A stretch of 64,000 bases of DNA from Myxococcota bacterium (GTDB taxonomy: Bacteria > Myxococcota_A > UBA9160 > SZUA-336). Below the pieces are notes generated by a model. It was not told where the DNA came from. It saw only the letters and a list, made by a program, of their open reading frames with translations, and searched no databases. Shown here in pieces: positions 37,394-47,637 of the stretch. The stretch is from positions 8,971 through 72,970 of the forward strand of contig CBDDEE010000024.1 in assembly GCA_965226855.1 (NCBI GenBank), given 5' to 3'. Position numbers and translations under genes: made by a program. Each line of letters opens with the position of its first letter. Position 1 is the stretch's first letter.

Positions 37394-38572
37394 TCAAGCG
37401 AGGCCGCGGGTCCCGAGTGTTGCGCCCATCAGCTCCACGAAGTTGTCGCGATAGAAGCGGGAGAGGGTTCCCGCGCCGGAACGGGACAAGCTCTCCTCGA
37501 AGCGCTTTATGGGATTGCGTCCACCCTCCACGTGCGGGTAGTCGGAGGAGAAGAGCGGGATTTCGGAGCCCGCTTCACTCGCGATCCAGCCGACGTCCTC
37601 GGTGGGGTAGGGAGTTGCGCGCAGTTGTCGCCGGACGTACTCCGTCGGGCGCATGCTCAGCCTCTGAAGGCGCTCCTCGTGACGCCGGAAGGCATCGTAG
37701 GCGCTGTCGAGATAGCGCATCCAGCTCGGCAACCAGCCGGCGCCCTGCTCGATCACACCGAACATGAGTGCGGGATGGTCTTCGAAGATGCCGTCGATGA
37801 TGAGTGTTGCCAGGGTCTGCATCACGGGCGTGGGAATGGCCATGTAGTCCACCGAGCGGAAGTTCTCGGCCCCTCCGTGGAAGTCGGGCGGGACAGGCAG
37901 TCCGTTCATGAAGTAGTGCGGGTCAAGCAGCTGGCCGCCGCCACCCACGTGAAACAGAATCGGGATGCCAGCCTCCTCCGCCGTCCGCCACAGCGGGAAC
38001 AGCCCGACGTGGCTCGGGGAATGAGTGCGCGGGCAGGCTGACGGGATCAGCAGCCCGGCGAATCCGTCACGTATGGCTGCCTGGCTGATCCGCAGCGTGC
38101 GCTCGAAGTCCGCGAGCGGAACGTAGGCAGTCGGCAACAGGCGCGAGTCCACGCCGCAGAAATCGAGCATGGTGCGGTTGTGTACCTCGGCAAGACCGTA
38201 GATGAGCTCCAGGTCGTCGGAGCTGCGTTCCAGCTGCGACATGTGCCCGTTGAAGAAGGTGTTGAAGACCAGCTGGCTCGCAAAGCCCAGATGATCGAGT
38301 GCCTGAGGACGGTCCTCTTTGAGCAACGCCCCTGTTGCGTCCCAGTTCTTTCGGAGCATGATCTGCTCTTCATCCCGGGCCCGATACTCCGGATCGCGGT
38401 GCTTGTCGAGGGTGGCGCGAATCTCCGCAGCACTCGTCGCGACGGAGCCGCTCGCGTCGATCCCCAGTATGTGATCGCGAACCCGACCGACAGCGAACTC
38501 CGCGAGCAGCTCCCTTGTTTCCATGATGTGCGCGTCGGCGTCGTGGACGATCCGGTCTTGAACGTAAGGCAT
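37394..38572 (-). CDS. amidohydrolase-family (TIM-barrel metal-dependent hydrolase) protein
   Basis: HDADAHIME...FHVGGG...SSDYPHVEGG motifs. Confidence 0.75.
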   Translation of the reverse strand: MPYVQDRIVHDADAHIMETRELLAEFAVGRVRDHILGIDASGSVATSAAEIRATLDKHRDPEYRARDEEQIMLRKNWDATGALLKEDRPQALDHLGFASQLVFNTFFNGHMSQLERSSDDLELIYGLAEVHNRTMLDFCGVDSRLLPTAYVPLADFERTLRISQAAIRDGFAGLLIPSACPRTHSPSHVGLFPLWRTAEEAGIPILFHVGGGGQLLDPHYFMNGLPVPPDFHGGAENFRSVDYMAIPTPVMQTLATLIIDGIFEDHPALMFGVIEQGAGWLPSWMRYLDSAYDAFRRHEERLQRLSMRPTEYVRRQLRATPYPTEDVGWIASEAGSEIPLFSSDYPHVEGGRNPIKRFEESLSRSGAGTLSRFYRDNFVELMGATLGTRGLA

Positions 38573-38656
38573 GTGCCCAGTTTGACATCGAGCAGAAGAG
38601 CTGGCCAGCGGACTGCCGTCCGCAAGATCGGCTGGTCGAGCGGGCGACTCGCGGAA

Positions 38657-40099
38657 TCAGTAGCCGGGCGGTCGCTGGAAGCCTCCGTTTCGCTCGGAGA
38701 GTCGTCGCGCCAGGTCGAGCGTGGTGCGGTCCTCCAGGAACGGTCCGGCGATCTGGATGCCCACAGGGAGCTGCTCACTGCACAGCCCGATGGGGACGAC
38801 CGTCGAGGGCAGATAGACGACCCCGGTGAGCCCCACCCACAGCGTGAGGTCCGAGTATGGCCGCACCTCTCCGTTCACGCGGATGGTGCGCTCGGAGGCG
38901 GGCTCAGAGTGGTCGTGCGAGATCGCTCCGGTCGACAGCGTCGGAAGCAGCACTGCGTCCCACTCCGAGAAGAAGGTGTGCCACTTCTGCCGCATCTGCA
39001 GCCGCCGCTCGTTCGCGGAGAGCCAGGCGCGATGGCGCTGCGAGGCCCGCGCTGCGGCGAGCGCGTGCGGACCGTCGCCACTCGCCCGCTCCGCCTTCTT
39101 CTCGATCTCCTCGCGGGTGTACCCACCACACATGGCGGCCGCGATGAGATCGCTGAAGACGCGGGTCGCGTAGTCAAACTCGAAGTCCGGTCTGGCCTTG
39201 TAGTCGACGCGAGCGCCCGCGGACTCCAGCGACTTGGCGGCTTCGCCGAGCAAGGCGCGTACTGATGCATCCAGCGGGCAGCTCGGCTCGTCGAGCCAGA
39301 CCGCGATGCGATAGTCGCGCAGCTCGGTGTGGCGCGGAGGGGGGAGCTCCAGTCGGTACCCTACGCGGTGCCAGTCGTCGGGACCGGCGAGCACGTCCAG
39401 CGCGAGCTCCAGGTCGTCGACATCCCGCGCCATGGGACCCGCGACGGCGAGGTCCGCCTGGGTCAGTGTTCCGGGGGGGCCCGGGATCTGGCCGAGCGCC
39501 GGTACGATGCCGAAGCTCGGCTTGTGGCCCGTGACACCGCAGGTGTGCGCCGGCCCGCGAATGGACCCGCCGATGTCGCTCCCGAGCTCGAGCGGCGTGA
39601 AGCCCGCAGCCAGGGCCGCCGCCGCGCCGCCGGAGGAGCCGCCTGGTGTCCGCTCGACGTTCCACGGGTTGTTCGTCTGGCCGAACACCTCGTTGTAGCT
39701 CTGCGCGTCCCCGGCGTAGATCGGCAGATTCGTCTTGCCTACGATCACCGCTCCGGCCTCGCGCAGGCGCGCTACGGGCACCGCGTCCGTTTCGGCAACG
39801 TAGTCCGAGAGCTCCGGTGCCCCGGAGGTGGTGCGCATGCCCTGCGTCTCGAACGAATCCTTGATGGTCATGCACACACCGTGCAGCGGACCGAGCTTGA
39901 CTCCGCGGCTCAGCGCGGCATCCGCAGCGTCGGCCTCGCGCCGCGCCCGCTCAGCATCGAGCGTAACTACTGCGTTTAGAGGGCCGTTCAGCCGCTCGAT
40001 CCGATCGAGCATGGCTTCGAGGTGATCGCGGCTCTTGAGCCTGCCGTCGCGGATCGCGGCGGAAATCGAGCGAGCGCTCTCGTATGCGAGGTCGTCCAT
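38657..40099 (-). CDS. amidase (amidase-signature family)
   Basis: GGSSGGAAAALAAG signature. Start reassigned to MDDLAYESARS (ATG 40099). Confidence 0.8.
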   Translation of the reverse strand: MDDLAYESARSISAAIRDGRLKSRDHLEAMLDRIERLNGPLNAVVTLDAERARREADAADAALSRGVKLGPLHGVCMTIKDSFETQGMRTTSGAPELSDYVAETDAVPVARLREAGAVIVGKTNLPIYAGDAQSYNEVFGQTNNPWNVERTPGGSSGGAAAALAAGFTPLELGSDIGGSIRGPAHTCGVTGHKPSFGIVPALGQIPGPPGTLTQADLAVAGPMARDVDDLELALDVLAGPDDWHRVGYRLELPPPRHTELRDYRIAVWLDEPSCPLDASVRALLGEAAKSLESAGARVDYKARPDFEFDYATRVFSDLIAAAMCGGYTREEIEKKAERASGDGPHALAAARASQRHRAWLSANERRLQMRQKWHTFFSEWDAVLLPTLSTGAISHDHSEPASERTIRVNGEVRPYSDLTLWVGLTGVVYLPSTVVPIGLCSEQLPVGIQIAGPFLEDRTTLDLARRLSERNGGFQRPPGY

Positions 40100-40121
40100 C
40101 TGGTGTTTCCTTGGGCGGGGC

Positions 40122-40925
40122 CTATGCGGTGTCCCGCAACGAGGCGAGGTGATTCTGGGCGAGCATGCCGCCGTCCACGACAAGGATCGCTCCGTTCATG
40201 AATGAGGAGGCGGGCAGCACGAAGTTCAGCGTGCCTTGTGCGACTTCCTCCGGCTTGCCGTAGCGTCGCAGAGGCACTTTGCGCCGGGCAAAGAGATCCT
40301 TGGCCTCGTCTGGGATCGCAGCTGTCATGCCCGTGCGAATCGGACCAGGGCAAATGCAGTTGACCGTGACGCCCTGCGAGCCGAGCTCGACCGCGAGCGA
40401 GCGCGTGAGTCCGATCACGCCGTGCTTGCTCGCGGTGTACGCGCTACCGAACGCGGTCGCCCCGAACCCCTCGGTCGAGGCGATGTTCACGATACGCCCC
40501 GCGCCGCTGCGCTTGAGGTGGGGCAGGCAGGCACGAATTGTGCGGGTGTGTGCGGTCAGGTTGACGGCGAAGGTCTTCTCCCACCTGTCCTCGAACTCCT
40601 CTGCATCGATCGGCCCTCCCTGGCTCGTGCCCGCGTTGTTCACCAGAATGTCCAGGCCACCGAAGCGCTCGACGATCTCGTCGACGACGGACTCGACCGC
40701 CGCGCGATCGCTGACGTCCAGCACCCAGCCAGAGACCGTGCCTCCGGCCCCCTCGATCTCCTCGACCACCTGCTTGACGCCGTCCGCGACGACGTCACTG
40801 ACAGCGACCAGGGCTCCCTCGTCGGCGAAGAGGTGGGCAGTCGCCCGCCCCATGCCACTCGCGGCTCCCGTCACCAGGGCCACCTTACCCGCGATGGAGC
40901 GGCTGAGCTCGGTCAATCTTGCCAT
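40122..40925 (-). CDS. SDR-family oxidoreductase
   Basis: VALVTGAASGMGRAT, NNAG and YTASKHG motifs. Start at ATG 40925 with a GGAAGGA RBS. Confidence 0.85.
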   Translation of the reverse strand: MARLTELSRSIAGKVALVTGAASGMGRATAHLFADEGALVAVSDVVADGVKQVVEEIEGAGGTVSGWVLDVSDRAAVESVVDEIVERFGGLDILVNNAGTSQGGPIDAEEFEDRWEKTFAVNLTAHTRTIRACLPHLKRSGAGRIVNIASTEGFGATAFGSAYTASKHGVIGLTRSLAVELGSQGVTVNCICPGPIRTGMTAAIPDEAKDLFARRKVPLRRYGKPEEVAQGTLNFVLPASSFMNGAILVVDGGMLAQNHLASLRDTA

Positions 40926-41000
40926 GGCGTTCTTCCTTCCAGCTGTCGGCACTGCGATGGTACGCGGAACCAGCAGGTCTCGGGCGGCTAGAATAGTCGG

Positions 41001-41498
41001 ATGGCAGAGCCAGATGACAGCGACGCCGAGGGACCCGCACTCTTCGGAATCGGCACCTCGGTGTACGCCCGGCGCGGCGACGAGATCCTGATCCTGAAGC
41101 GAGCCGGAGGCGCGGCACCGGGAGCCTGGTACACCCCCGGGGGAGTGCTGGACCGAGGAGAGACGCCCGAGCAGGGTGCGCTGCGCGAGCTCGAGGAGGA
41201 GACGGGGCTCGTGCCGACCGGCTCACTCTTCCTGGTCGGGCTCATTCCCACGCACGTGTACGGCGCTGACACCTTCCTTGTCGCCTACGCCTGCGACTGC
41301 GCGCAGGGTGAGGTTCGCCTGAGCTCGGAGCACACAGGGTTCCGTTGGATCAAGCCGGAGGAATACCGGGAGCGCTACTTCTCGGACAACAACCTGAGAA
41401 AGCTCGAGGCGGCGGACCCGGGAATCTGGGCGCTCGCATCCTCCGTGCGCAAGGGAATCGACGACTACCTTGCGTGGTGGGAGGAGCGCGCTGGCTAG
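41001..41498 (+). CDS. NUDIX hydrolase
   Basis: Nudix box GGVLDRGETPEQGALRELEEETGL. Confidence 0.85.
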   Translation: MAEPDDSDAEGPALFGIGTSVYARRGDEILILKRAGGAAPGAWYTPGGVLDRGETPEQGALRELEEETGLVPTGSLFLVGLIPTHVYGADTFLVAYACDCAQGEVRLSSEHTGFRWIKPEEYRERYFSDNNLRKLEAADPGIWALASSVRKGIDDYLAWWEERAG

Positions 41499-41546
41499 CG
41501 CACTACTTCGAAGCTTACAGCCTCGGCATCCTAGGTCGCTTCGTTC

Positions 41547-42251
41547 CTATGACGAGGTAGGGAAGGACGCGGCCATGTCCTGGGCCAGCGACGCTTCGAT
41601 CTGGTCGAGTACTGCGCTTCGTGCGCGCGCACGCGTGGCGCAGAAGATGGGTCCCGGGAGCTCCGTCAGGCGCTGGGCCTCTCGCTGAGCTGCTCCCACC
41701 ACGTCGTCGGGCGCTGTCACACGGTCCAGGAAGCCCGCGTCGACGGCCGCCTCCGGTGTGTAGATCTCGGCTTGCGCCGTCGCGCGGAGGAAGTGCCGCT
41801 TGGACAGCCGATCGCGCGCGAGCTCCATCAGGAAGACCGGCGTCGTCATGCCGATGGCGACCTCGTTGAAGCCGATCTTGAAGTCGCCGGTCGCACCGAG
41901 GCGAAGGTCGGCGGCCACGAGTAGGACCGCGCCCATCGCCAGCGCGTGTCCAGTGCAGGCGATGATGATCGGCCCTGGATGTCGCGCGATCCGGACCGCG
42001 AGCTTGGCACCGGAGGTAACGAGCTCGGTGGCGACCTTGGCGCCACCGGAGCGGAGCACCCCCAGATCGAACCCAGCCGAAAAGCGTCCTGGTCGCCCGG
42101 CGATCAGCACCGCCTTCGACTCCTTCTCTGCTCGATCGAGTCCGGCATTCAGCGCCGCGATGACCTGTGGAGCGAGCGCGTTCACCTTGCCGTCGTCGAT
42201 CCGCAGGACCGCGACGTCCTCGGACAGCTCGTACTGCACCACGTCAGTCAT
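41547..42251 (-). CDS. enoyl-CoA hydratase/isomerase (crotonase) family protein
   Basis: VAVLRIDDGKVNAL...FSAGFDL...IIACTGHALAMG. Confidence 0.8.
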   Translation of the reverse strand: MTDVVQYELSEDVAVLRIDDGKVNALAPQVIAALNAGLDRAEKESKAVLIAGRPGRFSAGFDLGVLRSGGAKVATELVTSGAKLAVRIARHPGPIIIACTGHALAMGAVLLVAADLRLGATGDFKIGFNEVAIGMTTPVFLMELARDRLSKRHFLRATAQAEIYTPEAAVDAGFLDRVTAPDDVVGAAQREAQRLTELPGPIFCATRARARSAVLDQIEASLAQDMAASFPTSS

Positions 42252-42282
42252 GGCCTCATTCTATCCGGGATCCACAATAGGG

Positions 42283-43242
42283 CTAGCGCTGCGCGTCCTC
42301 GGCGATGAAAGCCAGCAGGTGTCGGGCGCCTTCGTTGGCCAGCCTTGGTGCGAAGGACTCGGACGATGGAGACTCGAGCCGCTGCAAGCGCAGAAGATCG
42401 GTATGCGCGAACTCGGGCAGGACCGCGCAGAAGAAGAAGCCCTGATCCCGAAGCACTGACACAGCCGCTTCCACTCCTGGGTCGTCGAGACAGAGATCGA
42501 CGTGGGTTAGGGCTGCCGCGGAGTCGATCCATTTCGCGAGGTCGCGTCCGGCTCGCTCTATGTGTACGTGTTGCAAGCTGCGACGAGCGTGCATGGTCCG
42601 GAGGGCGCGACTGACAGCCTGAGTCGACGTATCCCTCGGTGGAGCTACGACCCGCCGTAACATCGCCTCGCGACAGAGGTCTGCGACCACACCACGGTAG
42701 ATGGTGGGCACGAACACCTGACGTTCGGGCGCAGGGGAGAACGGCAGGTACACCACAGTGGCGGCGAGTCGTCCAGCGCTGCGATCGATGCCTCGATAGT
42801 CGGTCTCTGCCGGGATGTAGTCGAGCATCAGTCCCGTTTCGACGCCATCGCCGCGAACCGAAGTCCTCTGCATGATGTCGTGCGCGGTAGTGGGATAGTG
42901 GACATAGCCAACGAAGCCCTCGCCGCGGCACAAGTCGGCGAGCGCTCGACCGAGGCGGCCGAGCAGCCCGCGGCCCCGATAGGCCGGGTCCACCACGGTG
43001 TTGCCTGCCTCGCTCGCCCGCGGTCGTAGATGGTGAACGGTGAGCCCCATGTGACCGACGAGCTGCCCGCTCCGCGCGATCGCCCCTACGGATCGCAGCG
43101 TGCCCTCTGCAATGCGTTGGCTCAGTAGCTCCGGATCGTGGAAATGGTCGGATGGGTAGGTGTCTCCGTAACAGCGCTCGAAGCAGCCGACGAGCGCAGC
43201 AGCGTCCGTCTCGACGAGCCGCCGGATGGTGACGTCGCTCAA
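42283..43242 (-). CDS. GNAT-family N-acetyltransferase (two-domain)
   Basis: VVDPAYRGRGLLGRLGRAL acetyl-CoA binding motif. Confidence 0.7.
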   Translation of the reverse strand: MSDVTIRRLVETDAAALVGCFERCYGDTYPSDHFHDPELLSQRIAEGTLRSVGAIARSGQLVGHMGLTVHHLRPRASEAGNTVVDPAYRGRGLLGRLGRALADLCRGEGFVGYVHYPTTAHDIMQRTSVRGDGVETGLMLDYIPAETDYRGIDRSAGRLAATVVYLPFSPAPERQVFVPTIYRGVVADLCREAMLRRVVAPPRDTSTQAVSRALRTMHARRSLQHVHIERAGRDLAKWIDSAAALTHVDLCLDDPGVEAAVSVLRDQGFFFCAVLPEFAHTDLLRLQRLESPSSESFAPRLANEGARHLLAFIAEDAQR

Positions 43243-43279
43243 GTCGTACGAGACGCCTGGCTAGCTCGGTTCTTCGAGT

Positions 43280-44217
43280 TCACTCGAAGTGAGAGCCGGT
43301 GCGTGGCGCCATGGCGAGTCGCGACGAGTCGGGCCCGTCGTGAATCCAGGGATTGACGGAGTGCAGCCCCATCAAGGTGGAGAACCGTCGGGGGTTGCGT
43401 TCGATCATCTCGGGCGTGGTTGTCGCCCAGTACAGCTCCTGCGCTTGCATGTGGTCCCGACAGTGGGGCAAGACGAGGGTCACGCGCTGTCCATCCGCCG
43501 TCCGCGGCACCGCCCCGTGCCAGAGGCTGCCGTGCCACACGATCACTGATCCGACCGGGATCTCGAGGACCCTTATGTCCTCGTGATCGTGGGCCATTGT
43601 CAGGTGCTCGGGAACCGGCTGGCAGAACCGGTGGCTGCCGGGCCACACGCAGACCGCGCCGTTCTCCCGCGTGTAGTCCGTGAGCACCCAGGTCACGACG
43701 CTGTACTGAGAGACCCTGGGCCAGGGTGCGGGCAGCTTGGCGCTGTGATCGGCGTGGAAGCCAAGCGCCTGCCCTCCGCGGTTCTTGATCAGTGCCGTCG
43801 ACTGGCTGAGCTTCGCGCGGTGCCCGAGCAGGTACGTGACGAGCGTGCCGGGTGCGGGCGCCATGAGCGCCTCCTCGAAGATGCTGTCACGGGGCAACAG
43901 GTGGAACACGGTCTGCCCCAGACCTCGCTCCCGTCCCGCGAACTTCTCGGCACTACGGTCATCAGCAGCAAGACGGAGCACCGTCTCGCGCAGCCTGTCC
44001 ACGAACTCGAGCGAAGCGCCTTCCCCGGCGGCAACACGGTGTAGCCCTGCGTCTCGAACTCGGTGATGTTGGCCTGGAGCTCGTGCTCCTCGATCTGAGC
44101 TTGAAGCCGAACCGTGGCCTCCTTGCCGATCGGCAGGGAATCGTCGGCGAGCTTCTTGGCAGCCAGCGCTCGGAGCTCGTTCAGCTCCTTCGCGAGCGAG
44201 TGCGAGTCGATCGGCAC
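43280..44217 (-). CDS. phytanoyl-CoA dioxygenase (PhyH) family Fe(II)/2-oxoglutarate oxygenase; apparent 1-nt frameshift at the C/G run 44023-44026
   Basis: N-terminal part from track ORF 43789..44217 (MPIDSHSLAKEL...EFETQGYTVLPPG). The remainder is from ORF 43280..44461 (GASLEFVDRLRE...GFHADH...VWHGSLWHGAVPR). Confidence 0.7.
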
Positions 44218-44220
44218 GCG

Positions 44221-44406
44221 CTAGCTCTCCTCGAGAGTGAGGGCTCCAGACGGGCAGGCCTGAACCGTCTTCTCGATCTCCTCCAACGGTGCGCCGTCCT
44301 GTACGATCACGAACTTCTTGTCTTTGACCTGGAAGACGGCGGGCAACGTGCGCACGCAGTTCCCCGCGTGGATACAGACCTCTGGGTCGTACTTGATCTC
44401 GGCCAT
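44221..44406 (-). CDS. small ferredoxin-like protein (divergent single-cluster 4Fe-4S type)
   Basis: 61 aa with the cysteine pattern C-x5-C...C-P (CIHAGNC...ACPSGA). Lies 3 nt upstream of the PhyH gene. Confidence 0.6.
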   Translation of the reverse strand: MAEIKYDPEVCIHAGNCVRTLPAVFQVKDKKFVIVQDGAPLEEIEKTVQACPSGALTLEES

Positions 44407-44491
44407 GCTCGAAGCTCCTCAAGAGTGTGCACACACAGCATATCAGCCGGTCGCTCTGCAAGAGGAGACCTTCGATCCGAACCAGATCGAG

Positions 44492-45913
44492 CTACTCGAG
44501 GTAGTTGATGACTTCGATGCCGAAGTCCGTCGGCTTGAGGGTCTCGGTGATCTGGACGGCGTCGGGCTCCTTGGCACGCAGCGACAGGTCGATGGTGTTC
44601 GGTGGGCACTCGTGACCCTGGTTGTCGAGGATCAGGCGGACCTTTGGGAGCTGACGCATCTCCGCGATGGAGCCCTCGCCGATCACGATTCCGACCGAGT
44701 CGTCCGAGAGGCGAACCACGGTGCCCACGGGCAGGGTGCCCAGCATGTTCATGAAGTAGCGCAAGAGCGTCTGGTCGACCTGGTCGACCCAGCGGTAGTG
44801 AAGAAGCGCGAGCGCCTTGGGAGGCGTCATGCCGTTGTGGTAGACGCGCACGCTGGTCATCGCGTCGTAGCGGTCCACGATCGCCACGATGCGGCTCAGC
44901 AGTGTCACTGGCCGGACCACACTGCGGTCGGGGTACCCTGATCCATTCACGTTCAGGTGGTGCTCGTAGGCAGCGAGGGCGACCCCGACCGTCTCGGCCG
45001 TCACCCCCTGATTGGACGCGATCGTGAGAAAGCCCTCGGCGGGATGTTTTTGAATGACTTGGCGCTCCTCGGCTGTGAGCGGCCCGGGCTTGTTCAGGAT
45101 CTCCTTCGGAACGCAGAGCTTGCCGATGTCGTGGAGCATCCCGGCCTGGCCCACGATGTAGAGCTGCTGGCGGGGCAGTCCGACCGCGCGCCCCAGGGCG
45201 ATCGCCAGAACGCCGACGTTCACACTATGGTTGAAGGTATACTCGTCGTAGTTCTTGACGCTGGTGAGACTGAGCGCGTAGCCGGAGTCCTGGTCGACGG
45301 ACTCCATCATCTGCTGCACGATTCGCTTCACGCGTCGCGAGTTCATGCGGTCCTTCTCGCGAGTCTCGTGGAACACCGCCTTGAGCACGCCGATGGAGCA
45401 AACGTAGACCCGCTTCTGCAGCTGGTGGCCTTCGAGCAGCGCAGCGTCCTCCTCTTCGTCGGAGTCGTCGATGACCACCTCTAGCGAGGTTGCGTTGTGC
45501 ACCTTGAGCTCTCGCAGCAGCTCTTCCGATGTGAGACCCCGCTGGTGTACCCCGAGCAGCAAGTGGCCGAAGATCTGCAGGTCAAAGGGATCGGCGCTCG
45601 CGTCGGTGGTAAAGCCTTTGATGCGCGCCGTTCGCAGCACGCCTGTCAGTCGCTGGAACGCCGTTGCGCTGGAACCGCCCTCCTTGAGGCGTGTGCCGTC
45701 GAGGTAGATCAGATCCTTGCGGATCGCGAGCTCGACCGGGCAGCCGTCGCTCAGCTCGCGAACGGAGTGGAGAACCCGTTCGGCCGCGGCCCGAACGGCG
45801 GCGTGCCGCCAGTCGTACAGGCCAAGAGCCTTGAATAGGCCGGTCCAGCGAGCGACGAACTCTCGGCCGTGCACGAGCCTGTCGCGCTCGAGCTGCTCAG
45901 GCGTCCCGCTCAT
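44492..45913 (-). CDS. HD-GYP domain protein (putative c-di-GMP phosphodiesterase)
   Basis: HSVNVGVLAIALG...GMLHDIGK...HHLNVNGSGYPD. Confidence 0.85.
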   Translation of the reverse strand: MSGTPEQLERDRLVHGREFVARWTGLFKALGLYDWRHAAVRAAAERVLHSVRELSDGCPVELAIRKDLIYLDGTRLKEGGSSATAFQRLTGVLRTARIKGFTTDASADPFDLQIFGHLLLGVHQRGLTSEELLRELKVHNATSLEVVIDDSDEEEDAALLEGHQLQKRVYVCSIGVLKAVFHETREKDRMNSRRVKRIVQQMMESVDQDSGYALSLTSVKNYDEYTFNHSVNVGVLAIALGRAVGLPRQQLYIVGQAGMLHDIGKLCVPKEILNKPGPLTAEERQVIQKHPAEGFLTIASNQGVTAETVGVALAAYEHHLNVNGSGYPDRSVVRPVTLLSRIVAIVDRYDAMTSVRVYHNGMTPPKALALLHYRWVDQVDQTLLRYFMNMLGTLPVGTVVRLSDDSVGIVIGEGSIAEMRQLPKVRLILDNQGHECPPNTIDLSLRAKEPDAVQITETLKPTDFGIEVINYLE

Positions 45914-47535
45914 GTGGCGCTCGCCTGCTGGAGAGCGCTTGCGCAGATCTCGGCCAGCTCTTTCTTGCCGCTCCGTGCGCCAGTCTCGAGCGCCTGTCGC
46001 GCCTCTGGTAGACGCATGCTTGCCAGCGCGCGAGCGGCACGCGTCCAGGTCCGTACGTCGGATCGCCCCCGCAGCCAGCCTGGCCGCATGCGCTCGCTCA
46101 GGAACTGGAGGGCCTCGGGTCGGTTGGTCGCGCCGATGGTCAGGTAGAGGAGATCGAGCTCCTCGCCCGCCAGCGTCCGTGCCTCGGAGGACGAAACACG
46201 CGCGATCAGCGGGGCAGGGTCGAGCTCAGAGCGGAGGCTTGCCAGGCACTTGAGTGCCACCAATCGGACGCTAGCGTCCGGATCGGACAGCGCTGCACGT
46301 GTCAGCTGCGGCTCGGCTCGGTTTCTTTGCATCGCTGCCAGACCGCGCAGCGCCTCCCGGCGCAGGGCGGGGTTGGCACTTCGAGTGAGCGAGGTCAACG
46401 GCTCGATCGCGCTTTCATTACGCAATTTTCCGAGCACGCGTACGAAGTATGGCTTGGTTGCATCGGCCGCAGTGTGGATGTGCTGCAGGACCGGCTCGAA
46501 CGCAGGCTGGCCGATTTTCGCGAGGACGTCGGCGTAGAAGCGGCGGGAACGGTCGTGCTTGGCCGCGGTGAGCAGGGAGCAGGGGGATTCAGGGATCCAC
46601 TCGCCGAGCAGTACGAACACGCGCTCGGCTGCCTCAGGATCGCACGCTCCATTCTCGAGCGCCTCGTGCAGCGGCTGCAGTCGTTCGGCGTGCCCCATTC
46701 GAAACAGCGCCTCGCGGACGGCCTGGTCCGCCACGGCGGGAACGTCGGCCCGGATCCGCAGCAGGAGCTCTGTGGCCACCTCGATCTGTCCGTCGCGCAG
46801 GGTGCGTTGGAACGTCGCTTCCAGGAGCGATACCAGATCCTCCAACCGATCCGCCTTGTTCTCGTCGCCCATCAGGTCGAACAGCGCGATCATGAAGGTC
46901 GACCAGGGTGGAGTCGTCGTGGCGCGCTCGATCTCTTGCGCGATTCGCTCGGCATCTTCTTCCGGGATGCGAAACGCCTCCTCTGGCGGCGGAGGGATGT
47001 CCAGCTCCGTTTCATCTCTCTCCCGCGGCGGGCCGACGTCCTCGACCTCGGCCGTCGGGACGTACTTGCCCTCGAGGACCTCGTCGGGAACGTCGAGATC
47101 GAGATAGGGATCGATGGCGACCACCCTGACGTTCGGGAGGTCTGCCTCCCAGAGGCGAGTGACGTAGTCCTCGGACAGGTCGTCGGGATGAAGCGGTGTG
47201 GCGAGCGAGACGATGAAACGCTCGAGCTCGGCGGCGTCAATCTGTGCTCCCAGGCGCAGTATCCGCACGCCATCCTTGTAGAGCCGGCCCGCGATGTCGG
47301 AACGGTCTCTATCCGCCTCCAGGAGCGGGACGTCGTTCCAGATGAGCTGGTCACGCGCGACGCGCAGATCGAGAGGTAGCACCCCTGGCAGCTTGCCGAG
47401 AAGATCGGCCAGTAGATTCTGGCTGAGCTGATTGCCGACGGGGTAGGTGCGCACCATCCGCTCGGTTCGAACGAGCGTATCGATGGCTCTCTTCACTGCC
47501 TGGAGGTCGCCGTCAGTGCCCTCGGGTACGGACAT
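45910..47535 (-). CDS. HEAT-repeat protein
   Basis: The C-terminal third has PBS-lyase/HEAT-like repeats (...NPALRREALRGLAAM...DPDASVRLVALKCLASL...). Start reassigned to ATG 47535. ATGA overlap with the HD-GYP gene. Confidence 0.65.
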   Translation of the reverse strand: MSVPEGTDGDLQAVKRAIDTLVRTERMVRTYPVGNQLSQNLLADLLGKLPGVLPLDLRVARDQLIWNDVPLLEADRDRSDIAGRLYKDGVRILRLGAQIDAAELERFIVSLATPLHPDDLSEDYVTRLWEADLPNVRVVAIDPYLDLDVPDEVLEGKYVPTAEVEDVGPPRERDETELDIPPPPEEAFRIPEEDAERIAQEIERATTTPPWSTFMIALFDLMGDENKADRLEDLVSLLEATFQRTLRDGQIEVATELLLRIRADVPAVADQAVREALFRMGHAERLQPLHEALENGACDPEAAERVFVLLGEWIPESPCSLLTAAKHDRSRRFYADVLAKIGQPAFEPVLQHIHTAADATKPYFVRVLGKLRNESAIEPLTSLTRSANPALRREALRGLAAMQRNRAEPQLTRAALSDPDASVRLVALKCLASLRSELDPAPLIARVSSSEARTLAGEELDLLYLTIGATNRPEALQFLSERMRPGWLRGRSDVRTWTRAARALASMRLPEARQALETGARSGKKELAEICASALQQASAT

Positions 47536-47591
47536 ACGCGAGCGACATCGGCCTTGCGGCGCTCGACCTTGACGGGCAGACCGGCCACTGT

Positions 47592-47637
47592 CGGTGGTTC
47601 CAACAGGACATGAATCTGTGTCTCCAGGGGTGTGAAC
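47592..47637 (-). repeat. degenerate copy of the 3' half of tRNA-Glu (att-like remnant)
   Basis: Own alignment against 48893-48937 gives about 37 of 46 positions identical, in the same orientation. The 5' half of a tRNA is absent. Confidence 0.65.

Noticed and set aside
38657-40099. GatA subunit of the Glu-tRNA(Gln) amidotransferase.
   Set aside because: It is an amidase-signature protein, but there is no adjacent gatC or gatB and the N-terminus is divergent. I called it a generic amidase.
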